Shown: positions 1 to 10,460, counted from the stretch's first letter. The stretch is DNA of 64,000 nt from Escherichia coli (GCF_030013595.1 NZ_CP122768.1); one strand, 5' to 3'. The notes: generated by a model not told the origin, from the letters alone. Numbers and translations are program-made.

Positions 1-222
1 ATGCGCGATCACAAAATCCTTATTGCTTCAGGTTCCCGGCGCAATGTGCCAATGCAGGAATATATGGATCGCGGCTATTTCACAGTGAAAGAAACAGCGG
101 TCAATACAAATCACGGAATACAGATATCGTTCACCACAAAAATCACCGGGCGTGGCCAACAGTGGCTGACCAGAAAGCTGCTCGATAACGGAATGCTGAA
201 AGTAACAGGGGAGGCTGCTTAA
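1..222 (+). CDS. Hypothetical phage nin-region protein, possibly truncated at the window edge
   Basis: ORF immediately upstream of ybcO-like/rusA in the same direction; no family recognised. Confidence 0.35.
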   Translation: MRDHKILIASGSRRNVPMQEYMDRGYFTVKETAVNTNHGIQISFTTKITGRGQQWLTRKLLDNGMLKVTGEAA

Positions 223-512
223 TGGCCAATCTACGCAAAGAAGCACGCGGCAGAGAATGTCAGGTACGTATTTACGGCGTATGCAATGGCAATCCTGAAA
301 CTACAGTTCTGGCACATTACCGGATGGCTGGAATTTGCGGAACGGGAATGAAGCCTGACGACCTGATCGGCGCATGGGCTTGTAGCGCGTGTCACGATGA
401 AATCGACCGACGCACCCATAATCTCGACAACAAAGACGCCAGACTTTACCACCTCGAAGGTGTGATCAGGACGCAGGCGATACTGCTGAAGGAGGGGAAG
501 ATTAAGCCATGA
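222..512 (+). CDS. ybcO: YbcO-like (DUF1364) putative nuclease of lambdoid nin region
   Basis: 96 aa with Cys/His-rich motif (CQVRIYGVCNGNPETTVLAH...CSACHDEIDRR) recalled from DLP12 YbcO; synteny upstream of rusA. Confidence 0.7.
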   Translation: MANLRKEARGRECQVRIYGVCNGNPETTVLAHYRMAGICGTGMKPDDLIGAWACSACHDEIDRRTHNLDNKDARLYHLEGVIRTQAILLKEGKIKP

Positions 513-871
513 ACGAATATCAGTTTGTGCTTCCTTACCCGCCGTCGGTGAATACCTACTGGCGAAGACGGGGAAGCCAATACTACATCAGCGATAAAGG
601 CCAGAAATACCGAAAAGACGTTCAGCAAATCATTCGCCAACTCAAGTTAGACATTTTCACCAAATCACGACTCCGTATCAAAGTCATCGCAGACGTTCCA
701 GACTCCCGCCGCCGCGACCTCGACAACATCCTGAAAGGTTTACTCGACTCCCTTATCCACGCCGGATTTGCGGAAGACGACGAGCAATTCGATGACATTC
801 GCGTAATTCGTGGTGTGAAAGTACCAGGCGGAAGGCTTGGAATAAAAATCACCGAACTGGAGAACGTATGA
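509..871 (+). CDS. rusA: Holliday junction resolvase RusA
   Basis: 120 aa; motifs PPSVNTYW and RRRDLDN typical of RusA; start overlaps the upstream stop. Confidence 0.85.
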   Translation: MNEYQFVLPYPPSVNTYWRRRGSQYYISDKGQKYRKDVQQIIRQLKLDIFTKSRLRIKVIADVPDSRRRDLDNILKGLLDSLIHAGFAEDDEQFDDIRVIRGVKVPGGRLGIKITELENV

Positions 872-1056
872 ACGCCACAATTCAAACGATACCAGAACTT
901 CTTATCCAGACACGAGGCAATCAGACCGAAGTGGCGAGGAGGCTTTCCTGTGCAAGAGGAACAGTGCTCAAGTACAACAGAGACAGCAAAGGCGAGCGTC
1001 ACGCAATAGTTAACGGCGTCCTGATGGTCAAACAGGGCAAGAGGGGAAGACGATGA
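868..1056 (+). CDS. ninH: NinH-like small DNA-binding protein
   Basis: 62 aa; motif GNQTEVARRL...RGTV...HAIVNGVLMV recalled from lambda NinH; located just upstream of Q. Confidence 0.75.
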   Translation: MNATIQTIPELLIQTRGNQTEVARRLSCARGTVLKYNRDSKGERHAIVNGVLMVKQGKRGRR

Positions 1057-1676
1057 GACTCGAAAGCGTAGCTAAATTTCATTCTCCAAAAAGCCCGATG
1101 ATGAGCGACTCACCACGGGCTACAGCTTCTGACTCTCTTTCCGGTACTGATGTGATGGCTGCTATGGGGATGGCGCAATCACAAGCCGGATTCGGTATGG
1201 CTGCATTCTGCGGTAAGCATGAACTCAGCCAGAACGACAAACAAAAGGCTATCAACTATCTGATGCAATTTGCACACAAGGTATCGGGGAAATACTGTGG
1301 TGTGGCAAAGCTTGAAGGAAATACTAAGGCAAAGGTACTGCAAGTGCTCGCAACATTCGCTTATGCGGATTATTGCCGTAGTGCCGCGACGCCGGGCGCA
1401 AGATGCAGAGATTGCCACGGTACAGGCCGTGCGGTTGATATAGCCAAAACAGAGCAGTGGGGGAGAGTTGTTGAGAAAGAGTGCGGAAGATGCAAAGGTG
1501 TCGGCTATTCAAGAATGCCAGCAAGCGCCGCATATCGCGCTGTAACGATGCTAATCCCAAACCTTACTCAACCCACCTGGTCACGCACTGTTAAGCCGCT
1601 GTATGACGCTCTGGTGGTGCAATGCCACAAAGAAGAGTCAATCGCAGACAACATTTTGAATGCGGTCACACGTTAG
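1053..1676 (+). CDS. Q: Late gene antiterminator Q (lambda-type)
   Basis: 207 aa; sequence recalled as essentially lambda Q (MRLESVAKFHSPKSPMMSDSP..., zinc-binding CRDCHGTG...CGRCKG); followed by pR'-like promoter. Confidence 0.9.
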   Translation: MRLESVAKFHSPKSPMMSDSPRATASDSLSGTDVMAAMGMAQSQAGFGMAAFCGKHELSQNDKQKAINYLMQFAHKVSGKYCGVAKLEGNTKAKVLQVLATFAYADYCRSAATPGARCRDCHGTGRAVDIAKTEQWGRVVEKECGRCKGVGYSRMPASAAYRAVTMLIPNLTQPTWSRTVKPLYDALVVQCHKEESIADNILNAVTR

Positions 1677-1718
1677 CAGCATGATTGCCACGGATGGCAA
1701 CATATTAACGGCATGATA

Positions 1719-1747
1719 TTGACTTTTTGAATAAAGTTGGGTAAATT
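1719..1747 (+). promoter_or_regulatory. Late promoter pR' (-35 TTGACT, 17-nt spacer, -10 TAAATT), with the Q-utilisation region expected to overlap
   Basis: Canonical sigma70 hexamers directly downstream of Q, in the position of lambda pR'. Confidence 0.7.
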
Positions 1748-1753
1748 TGACCC

Positions 1754-1947
1754 AACGATGGGTTAATTCGCTCGTTGTGGTAGTGAGATGAAAAGAGGCG
1801 GCGCTTACTACCGATTCCGCCTAGTTGGTCACTTCGACGTATCGTCTGGAACTCCAACCATAGCAGGCTGAGAGGTCTGCAAAATGCAATCCCGAAACAG
1901 TTCGCAGGTAATAGTTAGAGCCTGCACAACGGTTTCGGGATTTTTTA
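1754..1947 (+). ncRNA. Lambda-type 6S leader RNA (pR' to tR' transcript)
   Basis: About 194 nt from the predicted pR' start to the tR' T-run, matching the known lambda 6S RNA length; start site inferred. Confidence 0.5.
1891..1947 (+). terminator. tR' intrinsic terminator
   Basis: Inverted repeat cccgaaac...gtttcggg followed by a T-run (attttttatt). Confidence 0.65.
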
Positions 1948-1950
1948 TTT

Positions 1951-2025
1951 GGGTCAGTCGTATAAAGGTCATTACGGAAGGCTGTTAACCTTCTTATCGT
2001 GGTTCGAGTCCACGCTGTCCCGCCA
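1951..2025 (+). tRNA. tRNA-like gene, anticodon GUU (Asn), with one acceptor-stem mismatch; possibly degenerate
   Basis: Hand-folded cloverleaf: anticodon stem gaagg/ccttc with loop ctgttaa, T-arm cgtgg-ttcgagt-ccacg, 3' ctgtccc-g-CCA; T:T mismatch at acceptor pair 4:69. Confidence 0.5.
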
Positions 2026-2030
2026 AATAT

Positions 2031-2106
2031 GCTGGTTTAGCTCCAATGGTAGAGCGGTCGCCTTGTAAGCGAATGGGTAGCGGTTCAAGTCCGTTAACCA
2101 GCACCA
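2031..2106 (+). tRNA. tRNA-Thr (anticodon UGU)
   Basis: Hand-folded cloverleaf: acceptor gctggtt/aaccagc, D-stem gctc/gagc, anticodon loop cttgtaa, T-loop ttcaagt, discriminator A plus CCA. Confidence 0.7.
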
Positions 2107-2348
2107 TAACTGAGCCGTAGCCACTGGCTATCCTGAATTCATGAGTGATAGTTACGCTGCGGCCTTCTACACATGATCTTCGTGAAAGCGGGTGACAGGA
2201 GGTCGCGCTAACAACCTCCTGCCGTTTTGCCCGTGCATATCGGTCACGAACAAATCTGATTACTAAACACAGTAGCCTGGATTTGTTCTATCAGTAATCG
2301 ACCTTATTCCTAATTAAATAGAGCAAATCCCCTTATTGGGGGTAAGAC

Positions 2349-2672
2349 ATGAAGATGCCAGAAAAACATGACCTGTTAGCCGCCATTCTCGCGGCAAAGG
2401 AACAAGGCATCGGGGCAATCCTTGCGTTTGCAATGGCGTACCTTCGCGGCAGATATAATGGCGGTGCGTTTACAAAAACAGTAATCGACGCAACGATGTG
2501 CGCCATTATCGCCTGGTTCATTCGTGACCTTCTCGACTTCGCCGGACTAAGTAGCAATCTCGCTTATATAACGAGCGTGTTTATCGGCTACATCGGTACT
2601 GACTCGATTGGTTCGCTTATCAAACGCTTCGCTGCTAAAAAAGCCGGAGTAGAAGATGGTGGAAATCAATAA
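2349..2672 (+). CDS. S: Holin/antiholin S (class I holin)
   Basis: 107 aa; dual-start [10 protein letters not shown]...; sequence recalled as near-identical to lambda S. Confidence 0.9.
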   Translation: MKMPEKHDLLAAILAAKEQGIGAILAFAMAYLRGRYNGGAFTKTVIDATMCAIIAWFIRDLLDFAGLSSNLAYITSVFIGYIGTDSIGSLIKRFAAKKAGVEDGGNQ

Positions 2673-3132
2673 TCAACGTAAGGCGTTCCTCGATATGCTG
2701 GCGTGGTCAGAGGGAACTGATAACGGACGGCAGAAAACCAGAAATCATGGTTATGACGTCATTGTAGGCGGAGAGCTATTCACTGATTACTCCGATCATC
2801 CTTGCAAACTTGTCACGCTAAACCCCAAACTCAAATCAACAGCAGCCGGACGTTACCAGCTTCTTTCCCGTTGGTGGGATGCCTATCGTAAGCAGCTTGG
2901 CTTGAAAGATTTCTCTCCGAAAAGCCAGGACGCAGTTGCACTGCAGCAGATTAAAGAGCGTGGCGCTTTACCTATGATTGATCGCGGTGATATCCGTCAG
3001 GCAATCGACCGTTGCAGCAATATCTGGGCTTCACTGCCGGGCGCTGGTTATGGTCAGTTCGAGCATAAGGCTGACAGCCTGATTGCAAAATTCAAAGAAG
3101 CAGGCGGAGCGGTCAGAGAGATTGAGGTATGA
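2656..3132 (+). CDS. R: Endolysin R (lambda-type lytic transglycosylase)
   Basis: 158 aa; [24 protein letters not shown]... recalled from lambda R; overlaps S stop. Confidence 0.9.
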   Translation: MVEINNQRKAFLDMLAWSEGTDNGRQKTRNHGYDVIVGGELFTDYSDHPCKLVTLNPKLKSTAAGRYQLLSRWWDAYRKQLGLKDFSPKSQDAVALQQIKERGALPMIDRGDIRQAIDRCSNIWASLPGAGYGQFEHKADSLIAKFKEAGGAVREIEV

Positions 3133-3596
3133 GCAGAGTAACCGCGATTATCTCCGCTCTGGTTATTTGCATCATCGTCTGCCTGTCATGGGCTGTTAAT
3201 CATTACCGTGATAACGCCATCGCCTACAAAGAACAGCGAGATAAAAAAGTCAGTGAGCTGAAGCAGGCGACCGCCACCATTACTGACATGCAGCAGCGCC
3301 AGCGTTCTGCTGATGCGCTCGATGCTAAATACACGAAGGAGTTAGCTGATGCGAAAGCTGAAAATGATGCTCTTCGGCGCAAGCTTGATAATGGTGGTCG
3401 GGTGTTCGTCAAAGGAAAATGCCCTGTGCCATCCTCAGCCGAAACCTCCGGCGCCTCCGGCATGGGCAATGATGCCACCGTCGAACTCTCTCCAGTTGCT
3501 GGACGAAACGTTCTCGGTGTCCGGGACGGAATTATCCGCGACCAAACAGCACTGAGAACGCTTCAGGAATACATCAGGACGCAATGCCTTCGATGA
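3129..3596 (+). CDS. Rz: Spanin inner-membrane subunit Rz
   Basis: 155 aa; N-terminal TM segment and coiled coil; N-terminal half recalled as lambda Rz, C-terminal half divergent. Confidence 0.85.
   Translation: MSRVTAIISALVICIIVCLSWAVNHYRDNAIAYKEQRDKKVSELKQATATITDMQQRQRSADALDAKYTKELADAKAENDALRRKLDNGGRVFVKGKCPVPSSAETSGASGMGNDATVELSPVAGRNVLGVRDGIIRDQTALRTLQEYIRTQCLR
3349..3555 (+). CDS. Rz1: Spanin outer-membrane lipoprotein Rz1, embedded in Rz in the +1 frame
   Basis: Embedded ORF with lipoprotein signal (LIMVVGC lipobox) and proline-rich region; true start may be an internal Met. Confidence 0.7.
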   Translation: MRKLKMMLFGASLIMVVGCSSKENALCHPQPKPPAPPAWAMMPPSNSLQLLDETFSVSGTELSATKQH

Positions 3597-3769
3597 TAGC
3601 GATAATTTTACTCATCATCCTTCACATCTGGCTCTGTAGACAGGGTGGTGATCACTTCTGGAGTGAATCCAGATTAAACATCTCATTGCTGATGCTTGAA
3701 GTTGAGCATCTGGCGCGCGGTAAGGGGCTGCGTTGAGATAAGAGCCAGTCATTACAAATACCAGGATTT

Positions 3770-3796
3770 AGCCTCGCATTCGCGGGGCTTTTTTAT
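3770..3796 (+). terminator. Putative intrinsic terminator downstream of lysis genes
   Basis: Hairpin gcctcgc-att-gcggggc followed by ttttttat. Confidence 0.4.
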
Positions 3797-3941
3797 ATCT
3801 GCAACAAACGCGCTTCACACGCGCGACTTATGAACACAGAACCTTTCAGGATGACCCTTGAGGATGCCGGTTTGGTGATCGGTGCCTTTCTGTGGGCCGG
3901 AATCCTGTGTGACAAGGTTCATCACTAAAAGGTGAGCACTG

Positions 3942-4484
3942 ATGAATTATCCAACTATCGTTAACGGCATCGATTTCCGAGAACTGATTTTTGTGGCAAA
4001 CAACGATCCGGTTACAGATTCTTTTATGGTGGCAAAAGCATTTGGAAAGCTGCCGAAGAACGTGGTTCGTGACATTGAGCGAACCATAGAAGCTTGCCCT
4101 CCTGAGTTTGATACAAAGCTCAACTTTGAGCTTTGCTATAAAAACAATGAGTTACAGAATGGTAAGCCGCAAAAATTCTACCGTCTACGCAAGGATGGGT
4201 TGATGCTTTTGGTTATGTCCTACACCAAAAAAGAAGCAATGCGTATCAAAATTGCTTACATCAACGCATTTAACTGGATGTACGCCATGCTTCAGGTTGG
4301 TCATCGTCAATTTGAAGAAGAGAGAAATGCCGTAATGCTGGAGTACATGAAAGAGAAGGATGTTGCCAGCATGTCAGGTCGCCTGCTAAATCGCTGGGGC
4401 AAAATTAAGAAGCCACAGTTGCTGGCTAGAATTGAACGCCTTGAACAGCACGGGCAAACCGTAATCCCCGGACTCATCAATTAA
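3942..4484 (+). CDS. rha: Rha-family phage regulatory protein
   Basis: 180 aa; N-terminal region typical of Rha/ORF6N-type phage regulators; position between lysis and terminase genes as in P22-like phages. Confidence 0.65.
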   Translation: MNYPTIVNGIDFRELIFVANNDPVTDSFMVAKAFGKLPKNVVRDIERTIEACPPEFDTKLNFELCYKNNELQNGKPQKFYRLRKDGLMLLVMSYTKKEAMRIKIAYINAFNWMYAMLQVGHRQFEEERNAVMLEYMKEKDVASMSGRLLNRWGKIKKPQLLARIERLEQHGQTVIPGLIN

Positions 4485-4691
4485 CGGCAGTACCGCGAAA
4501 CAACCCAAGCCAGTAAGTGGGGAAATAACTGAAAGATGAACCTCCAGCCTTATGGCAAAAAAGATTCTTTGTGGTGGCGGACTGATGGAAAGACATCGGA
4601 TAGAATAAAACAGTGGCTAGGGTAGCTCCCGAAAAGCGGAATCGTCACCGCCAGCCACTGAATCTATGACGAACAACTAGACGAGGTTGAT

Positions 4692-4934
4692 ATGAGTGAA
4701 ATTGATAAAATAATAAATGGTACATGTAACTTTCAATCAATGCCGCCAGGTAGTTATGTAAAACAATGTAGTGAAATAGTTAATGGTCAGCTTGTAATGT
4801 CAAATGCAGGACGTGGAGTTTCTACGGATGAAAAAAAATCAATAAATGAAGCCCTATTAAGCATCAATGTTTTTGACTTGTTTCGCCCATCTTGGGTTAT
4901 TTTGCAAAATAGTAGTCAATTCCCACATTATTGA
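4692..4934 (+). CDS. Hypothetical small protein (low-GC moron)
   Basis: 80-aa ORF with markedly AT-rich codon usage compared with flanking phage genes; followed by a T-rich stretch. Confidence 0.45.
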   Translation: MSEIDKIINGTCNFQSMPPGSYVKQCSEIVNGQLVMSNAGRGVSTDEKKSINEALLSINVFDLFRPSWVILQNSSQFPHY

Positions 4935-5081
4935 TAAATTAATTAATAAATTGGTCGCTCAGGCGGCCTTTTTTATTGCCATCACAAAAGCCATTCCCTA
5001 CAGAGTGGCTTTGATAATGGCTTATACCCTACACGGGATAACTTAACTGATATCCCTTTTAACGGATAAACGGAGCCAACA

Positions 5082-5324
5082 ATGGCAGAGATTATTCCCA
5101 TGACTGAAGAACAGAAATTCCAGTTAGAGATTTACAAGCTGGTCATGAACCAGAACGCAGCCGCAGAAGAAGCATTTCAATTCATTGGCACTGACGAACT
5201 GAAGCTTGAGCTATTCAAAATTCACTTCCAGTCAGGTGGCGCTAATTCAGATATCACGACCCGAACTATCGAAGCGGTGCGTAAATCGAAGGAAGCGTTA
5301 GACCTGTTCACTACCGGAGCATAA
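5082..5324 (+). CDS. Hypothetical phage protein upstream of small terminase
   Basis: 80-aa acidic ORF with phage-like codon usage; conserved position in P22-like genomes. Confidence 0.5.
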   Translation: MAEIIPMTEEQKFQLEIYKLVMNQNAAAEEAFQFIGTDELKLELFKIHFQSGGANSDITTRTIEAVRKSKEALDLFTTGA

Positions 5325-5403
5325 ACATGGCAACTCAAGGTTTCGACAACCCATCCAAATTCCGCGATGAATGGGATAAGCAAGCAGAAGGGAAATAATC
5401 AAT

Positions 5404-5892
5404 ATGGCAGCACCAAAGGGCAACCGATTTTGGGAGGCCCGCAGTAGTCATGGGCGAAATCCTAAATTCGAATCGCCTGAGGCGCTGTGGGCTGCTTGTT
5501 GTGAATACTTCGAGTGGGTAGAAGCTAACCCGCTATGGGAGATGAAGGCGTTCTCGTATCAGGGTGAAGTGATACAAGAGCCTATCGCCAAGATGCGAGC
5601 GATGACCATTACCGGACTCACTCTGTTCATTGATGTGACGCTTGAAACATGGCGCACATATCGCCTGCGAGAAGATTTATCTGAAGTCGTTACGCGAGCA
5701 GAGCAGGTCATCTACGACCAGAAATTCTCTGGCGCAGCCGCTGACCTTCTCAACGCTAACATCATCGCCCGTGATTTGGGCCTCAAAGAGCAGTCGCAAG
5801 TTGAAGACGTGACACCTGATAAGGGAGATCGCGATAAGCGACGCTCTCGTATCAAGGAGCTATTCAACCGTGGAACTGGACGCGATTCTTGA
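5404..5892 (+). CDS. Terminase small subunit (P22 gp3-like)
   Basis: 162 aa; [29 protein letters not shown]... recalled as P22 gene 3 product. Confidence 0.85.
   Translation: MAAPKGNRFWEARSSHGRNPKFESPEALWAACCEYFEWVEANPLWEMKAFSYQGEVIQEPIAKMRAMTITGLTLFIDVTLETWRTYRLREDLSEVVTRAEQVIYDQKFSGAAADLLNANIIARDLGLKEQSQVEDVTPDKGDRDKRRSRIKELFNRGTGRDS
5671..5692 (+). other. Putative pac site (headful packaging initiation) inside the small terminase gene
   Basis: Sequence gaagatttatctgaagtcgtta matches my recollection of the P22 pac site, which lies within gene 3. Confidence 0.5.
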
Positions 5893-7369
5893 TAACCTGA
5901 GCGACGAAGAGCAAATCGAGTTGCTCGAGCTACTCGAAGAAGAAGAGAACTACCGGAACACACACCTGCTATATGAATTTACGCCATACAGCAAACAGCG
6001 TGAGTTCATCGACGCCGGGCATGACTATCCAGAGCGCTGTTTTATGGCTGGTAACCAGCTTGGTAAGTCATTTACTGGTGCTGCTGAAGTCGCGTTTCAC
6101 CTTACCGGGCGTTATCCGGGCACAAAAGGCTATCCGGCTGATGGTAAATATGGTGGGGAGTGGAAAGGTAAGCGTTTCTATGAGCCTGTTGTCTTCTGGA
6201 TTGGCGGCGAGACAAACGAGACTGTAACCAAAACGACTCAACGCATCCTGTGCGGTCGTATCGAAGAGAATGATGAGCCTGGCTACGGCTCCATACCGAA
6301 AGAGGACATCATTAGCTGGAAGAAGTCTCCTTTCTTTCCGAACCTTGTTGATCACCTTCTGGTTAAGCATCACACGGCTGATGGCGTTGAAGATGGCATT
6401 TCAATCTGCTACTTCAAGCCATACTCGCAAGGTCGTGCTCGCTGGCAGGGTGACACAATCCACGGAGTGTGGTTTGACGAAGAACCACCATACAGCATTT
6501 ATGGCGAAGGGCTTACCCGTACCAACAAATACGGGCAATTCTCAATCCTGACGTTTACCCCGCTGATGGGGATGTCTGACGTTGTTACCAAGTTCCTGAA
6601 GAATCCCAGCAAGTCGCAGAAAGTGGTCAACATGACCATCTATGACGCTGAGCACTATACCGACGAGCAGAAAGAGCAAATCATCGCATCCTATCCAGAG
6701 CATGAGAGAGAGGCTCGAGCTCGCGGTATTCCTACGATGGGTAGTGGTCGAATCTTCCAGATACCGGAAGAGACGATTAAGTGTCAGCCGTTCGAGTGTC
6801 CTGATCACTTCTACGTAATTGGCGGGATGGATTTCGGATGGGATCACCCTCAGGCGCAGGTTCAGCTTTGGTGGGATAAGGACGCAGACACAATCTACGT
6901 TTCGCGCGTGTGGAAGGCGAAAGAAAAGACAGCTGTTCAGGCGTGGGGAGCCGTTAAACCATGGGCGCATAAAGTGCCAACCGCATGGCCCCATGACGGA
7001 AACCAGCACGAGAAGGGCGGCGGTGAGCAGCTTAAAGGGCAGTACGCGGACGCTGGTTTTATGATGTTGCAGGAGCATGCGACATGGCCTGATGGCGGTA
7101 ACGCTGTGGAGCCTGGAATCACTGAATTGCGCGACATGATGCTTGATGGTCGCTTCAAAGTATTCAACACCTGTGAGCCATTCTTTGAGGAGTTCCGCCT
7201 CTATCACCGTGATGAAAACGGGAAGATCGTCAAGCTTAACGACGACGTGCTATCCGCCGTTCGCTATGCATACATGATGCGCCGCTTCGCAAAAATGATG
7301 CGCGACATCAAAAAACCAAAAGAGAAAAAGATACCAGCCCCAATCAGGCCCATCGCACGGAGAACTTAA
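5870..7369 (+). CDS. Terminase large subunit (P22 gp2-like)
   Basis: 499 aa (same length as P22 gp2); ATPase/nuclease-type motifs; overlaps terS end. Confidence 0.85.
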   Translation: MELDAILDNLSDEEQIELLELLEEEENYRNTHLLYEFTPYSKQREFIDAGHDYPERCFMAGNQLGKSFTGAAEVAFHLTGRYPGTKGYPADGKYGGEWKGKRFYEPVVFWIGGETNETVTKTTQRILCGRIEENDEPGYGSIPKEDIISWKKSPFFPNLVDHLLVKHHTADGVEDGISICYFKPYSQGRARWQGDTIHGVWFDEEPPYSIYGEGLTRTNKYGQFSILTFTPLMGMSDVVTKFLKNPSKSQKVVNMTIYDAEHYTDEQKEQIIASYPEHEREARARGIPTMGSGRIFQIPEETIKCQPFECPDHFYVIGGMDFGWDHPQAQVQLWWDKDADTIYVSRVWKAKEKTAVQAWGAVKPWAHKVPTAWPHDGNQHEKGGGEQLKGQYADAGFMMLQEHATWPDGGNAVEPGITELRDMMLDGRFKVFNTCEPFFEEFRLYHRDENGKIVKLNDDVLSAVRYAYMMRRFAKMMRDIKKPKEKKIPAPIRPIARRT

Positions 7370-9535
7370 ATGGCCGACGAAAACAGACTCAATTCCATTC
7401 TGTGTAAGTTTGACGCAGACTGGATGGCGAGCGATGAAGCCAGAACCGAGGCGACAAATGACCTGTATTTTAGCCGAGTGTCGCAATGGGATGACTGGCT
7501 ATCAAACTACACCACCCTGCAATATCGCGGACAATTCGATGTTGTCCGCCCGGTTGTCAGGAAGTTGGTCGCAGAGATGCGCCGGAACCCTATCGACGTT
7601 CTCTTCCGACCAAAAGACGGTGCTAATCCTGATGCTGCCGATGTGCTGATGGGGATGTATCGTACTGATATGCGCCATAACACGGCAAAAATTGCCGTTA
7701 ATGTTGGCGTTCGTGAGCAGATAGAGTCAGGCGTTGGTGCATGGCGTCTGGTCACGCAGTACGAAGACAACGACCCAACAAGCAACAATCAGGTAATCCG
7801 ACGCCTGCCAATCCATGAAGCCTGCTCACACGTCATATGGGACGCCAACAGCAAGCAGATGGATAAGAGCGACGCTAAGCACTGCACGGTGATTAACGCC
7901 TTGTCACGCAATGGCTGGAAAGAGTTCGCAGAGGATTACGGTATTGATCCTGACACCTTGCCATCTTTCCAGAATCCGAACGATACATGGCTGTTTCCGT
8001 GGGTATCGAATGATGTCGTCTACGTCGCTGAGTATTACGAGGTCGAAGAGAAGAAGGAGAAGGTCTTCATCTACCGCGACCCGCTGACAGGTGAGCCGGT
8101 CAGCTATTACCAGCAGGATATCAAAGACGTCATCGACGACCTGGCTAATCGTGGATTCATTAAGGTAGCAGAGCGCAAGGTGAAGCGTCGGCGTGTGTAT
8201 AAGTCGATCATCACCTGCACGCAGATACTGAAAGACCGAGAAAAGATAGCCGGAGAGCATATCCCAATCGTTCCAGTGTATGGAGAATGGTCATTCGCTG
8301 GTGACAAGGAGTGCTACGAAGGAGTGGTAAGGCTGACGAAAGACGGTCAACGCCTTCGTAACATGATCATGTCATTCAACGCCGATATTGTTGCTCGTTC
8401 ACCGAAGAAGAAACCGACCTTCTTCCCTGAGCAAATCGAAGGCTACGAATACATGTACGGTGGAAATGATGACTATCCGTACTATCTGCAGAACAGGACC
8501 GATGAAAACGGTAACGACCTGCCGATTGGTCCAATCTCCTACATGGAAAACCCTGAAGTGCCGCAAGCCAACGCTTATATGCTTGAGGCTGCCACCAACG
8601 CAGTGAAAGAGGTGGCTAGTCTTGGTGTGGATGCGCAGGCAGCAAACTCTCAGGTCGCTTTCGATACCGTCAATCAACTGAACATGCGGGCAGACCTTGA
8701 GACATACGTGTTTCAGGATAACCTGGCTACCGCAATGCGACGTGATGGCGAGATTTATGCCTCAATGGTCAACGATATTTATGACGTTCCTCGTCATGTA
8801 ACGCTGACACTTGAAGATGGAAGCGAGAAAGACGTTCAACTCTATGCGCAAGTTGTCGATTACCAGTCCGGCAATGTGGTCACACTCAACGACATTCGTG
8901 GTCGCTATGAGTGCTATACAGACGTTGGACCATCCTTCCAGAGTATGAAGGAACAGAACCGCGCAGAGATTCAGGAGTTACTCACCAAGGTTCCGCAAGG
9001 TACTCCAGAGTTCCAGATGCTGATGCTGCAATACTTCACGCTCCTTGACGGTAAAGGCGTCGAGATGATGCGAGAGTACGCGAACAAGCAACTGGTGATG
9101 ATGGGGCTGAAGAAACCAGAAACACCTGAAGAGATGGAGATGGTACAACAGGCACAACAACAGCCGCAGCAGCCATCAGCAGAGCAAATTCAGGCGCAGG
9201 GTATCCTTCTGCAAGGTCAGGCTGAATTGCTCAAGGCAGAGAACCAACAGGCACAGATTCAGGTTGAAGCCGCCAAGGTTGAAGCCCAAAACCAACTCAA
9301 CGCCGCGAAGATTGCAGAAATCTTCAACAATATGGACCTCGACAAGCAGGCAGAACTGCGTGAGTACCTCAAGCTAGTAGGTCAATTCCAGCAACAGCGC
9401 AGCAAAGATGCTCGTGCTAACGCTGAGCTGCTTCTTAAAGATGCAGACCAGAATCATTCACAACGCATGGATTTCGCGAATCTTATGCGTCAAGTTCAAA
9501 TCCCCTCCGGCGGAGTAGCCGAGACACCTCAATAA
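7370..9535 (+). CDS. Portal protein (P22 gp1-like)
   Basis: 721 aa; Gln-rich C-terminal coiled-coil barrel region; position after terL. Confidence 0.85.
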   Translation: MADENRLNSILCKFDADWMASDEARTEATNDLYFSRVSQWDDWLSNYTTLQYRGQFDVVRPVVRKLVAEMRRNPIDVLFRPKDGANPDAADVLMGMYRTDMRHNTAKIAVNVGVREQIESGVGAWRLVTQYEDNDPTSNNQVIRRLPIHEACSHVIWDANSKQMDKSDAKHCTVINALSRNGWKEFAEDYGIDPDTLPSFQNPNDTWLFPWVSNDVVYVAEYYEVEEKKEKVFIYRDPLTGEPVSYYQQDIKDVIDDLANRGFIKVAERKVKRRRVYKSIITCTQILKDREKIAGEHIPIVPVYGEWSFAGDKECYEGVVRLTKDGQRLRNMIMSFNADIVARSPKKKPTFFPEQIEGYEYMYGGNDDYPYYLQNRTDENGNDLPIGPISYMENPEVPQANAYMLEAATNAVKEVASLGVDAQAANSQVAFDTVNQLNMRADLETYVFQDNLATAMRRDGEIYASMVNDIYDVPRHVTLTLEDGSEKDVQLYAQVVDYQSGNVVTLNDIRGRYECYTDVGPSFQSMKEQNRAEIQELLTKVPQGTPEFQMLMLQYFTLLDGKGVEMMREYANKQLVMMGLKKPETPEEMEMVQQAQQQPQQPSAEQIQAQGILLQGQAELLKAENQQAQIQVEAAKVEAQNQLNAAKIAEIFNNMDLDKQAELREYLKLVGQFQQQRSKDARANAELLLKDADQNHSQRMDFANLMRQVQIPSGGVAETPQ

Positions 9536-9548
9536 GAGAGAGTTAATC

Positions 9549-10460
9549 ATGGACCAAACCACCGACATTCAGGCTTCTGAAGAATTAACCCTGCCCGGCA
9601 ATCATGCAGCGGCATCTGCTGATGGCTTAGTTGTCGATAATGCCAACGACAACGCAGGTCAGGAAGAAGGCTTTGAGATTGTCCTGAAAGACGATGAGAA
9701 ACCAAAACAAGACCCGGCAACTAATGCTGAATTTGCCCGTCGCCGCATCGAACGCAAACGCCAGCGTGAGCTTGAGCAGCAGATGGAAGCGGTTAAGCGT
9801 GGAGAGTTGCCGGAGCACCTGCGGGTGAACCCTGAGTTACCAAAACAACCAGACCCTAACGATTATCTTTCCGAAGATGCACTGGCTAAGTACGACTATG
9901 ACCAGAGCCGCGCACTGGCTGCCTTCCAGCAGGCAAACAGTGAATGGCAGATCAAGGCTATGGACGCACGAAGCCAGGCTGTCGCCGAGCAGGGCCGCAA
10001 AACTCAGGAGTTCACCCAGCAATCAGCGCAATACGTCGAGGCCGCCCGTAAGCACTACGATGCAGCGGAAAAGCTTAATATCCCTGACTATCAGGAGAAA
10101 GAGGATGCATTCATGCAACTGGTGCCGCCAGCAGTCGGTGCCGACATCATGCGCCTCTTCCCGGAGAAATCCGCCGCTCTCATGTATCACCTTGGTGCTA
10201 ATCCTGAGAAAACACGCCAGTTGCTGGCGATGGACGGGCAATCCGCGCTGATTGAACTCACTCGACTGTCAGAACGTTTAACTCTCAAGCCTCGAGCAAA
10301 GCCTGTTTCAGAAGCCCCGTTACCTGATGAACCCATTCAGGGACACGCTGTTGCTGCAAATATCTCTGCGATTGAAAAGCAGATGGAAGCGGCAGCAAAC
10401 AAAGGGGATGTAGAGACGTACCGCAAGCTCAAGGCGCAACTGAATAAAGGAATTCGATAA
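9549..10460 (+). CDS. Scaffolding protein (P22 gp8-like)
   Basis: 303 aa, highly charged helical protein between portal and coat. Confidence 0.8.
   Translation: MDQTTDIQASEELTLPGNHAAASADGLVVDNANDNAGQEEGFEIVLKDDEKPKQDPATNAEFARRRIERKRQRELEQQMEAVKRGELPEHLRVNPELPKQPDPNDYLSEDALAKYDYDQSRALAAFQQANSEWQIKAMDARSQAVAEQGRKTQEFTQQSAQYVEAARKHYDAAEKLNIPDYQEKEDAFMQLVPPAVGADIMRLFPEKSAALMYHLGANPEKTRQLLAMDGQSALIELTRLSERLTLKPRAKPVSEAPLPDEPIQGHAVAANISAIEKQMEAAANKGDVETYRKLKAQLNKGIR

Noticed and set aside
1801-1900. Possible third tRNA upstream of the tRNA pair
   Set aside because: No cloverleaf could be folded; the segment matches the lambda 6S RNA/qut-tR' region instead
6542-7207. 221-aa ORF on the minus strand inside the large terminase gene
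   Set aside because: Fully antisense to a well-supported, conserved terminase ORF; no independent signals; typical spurious reverse-frame ORF
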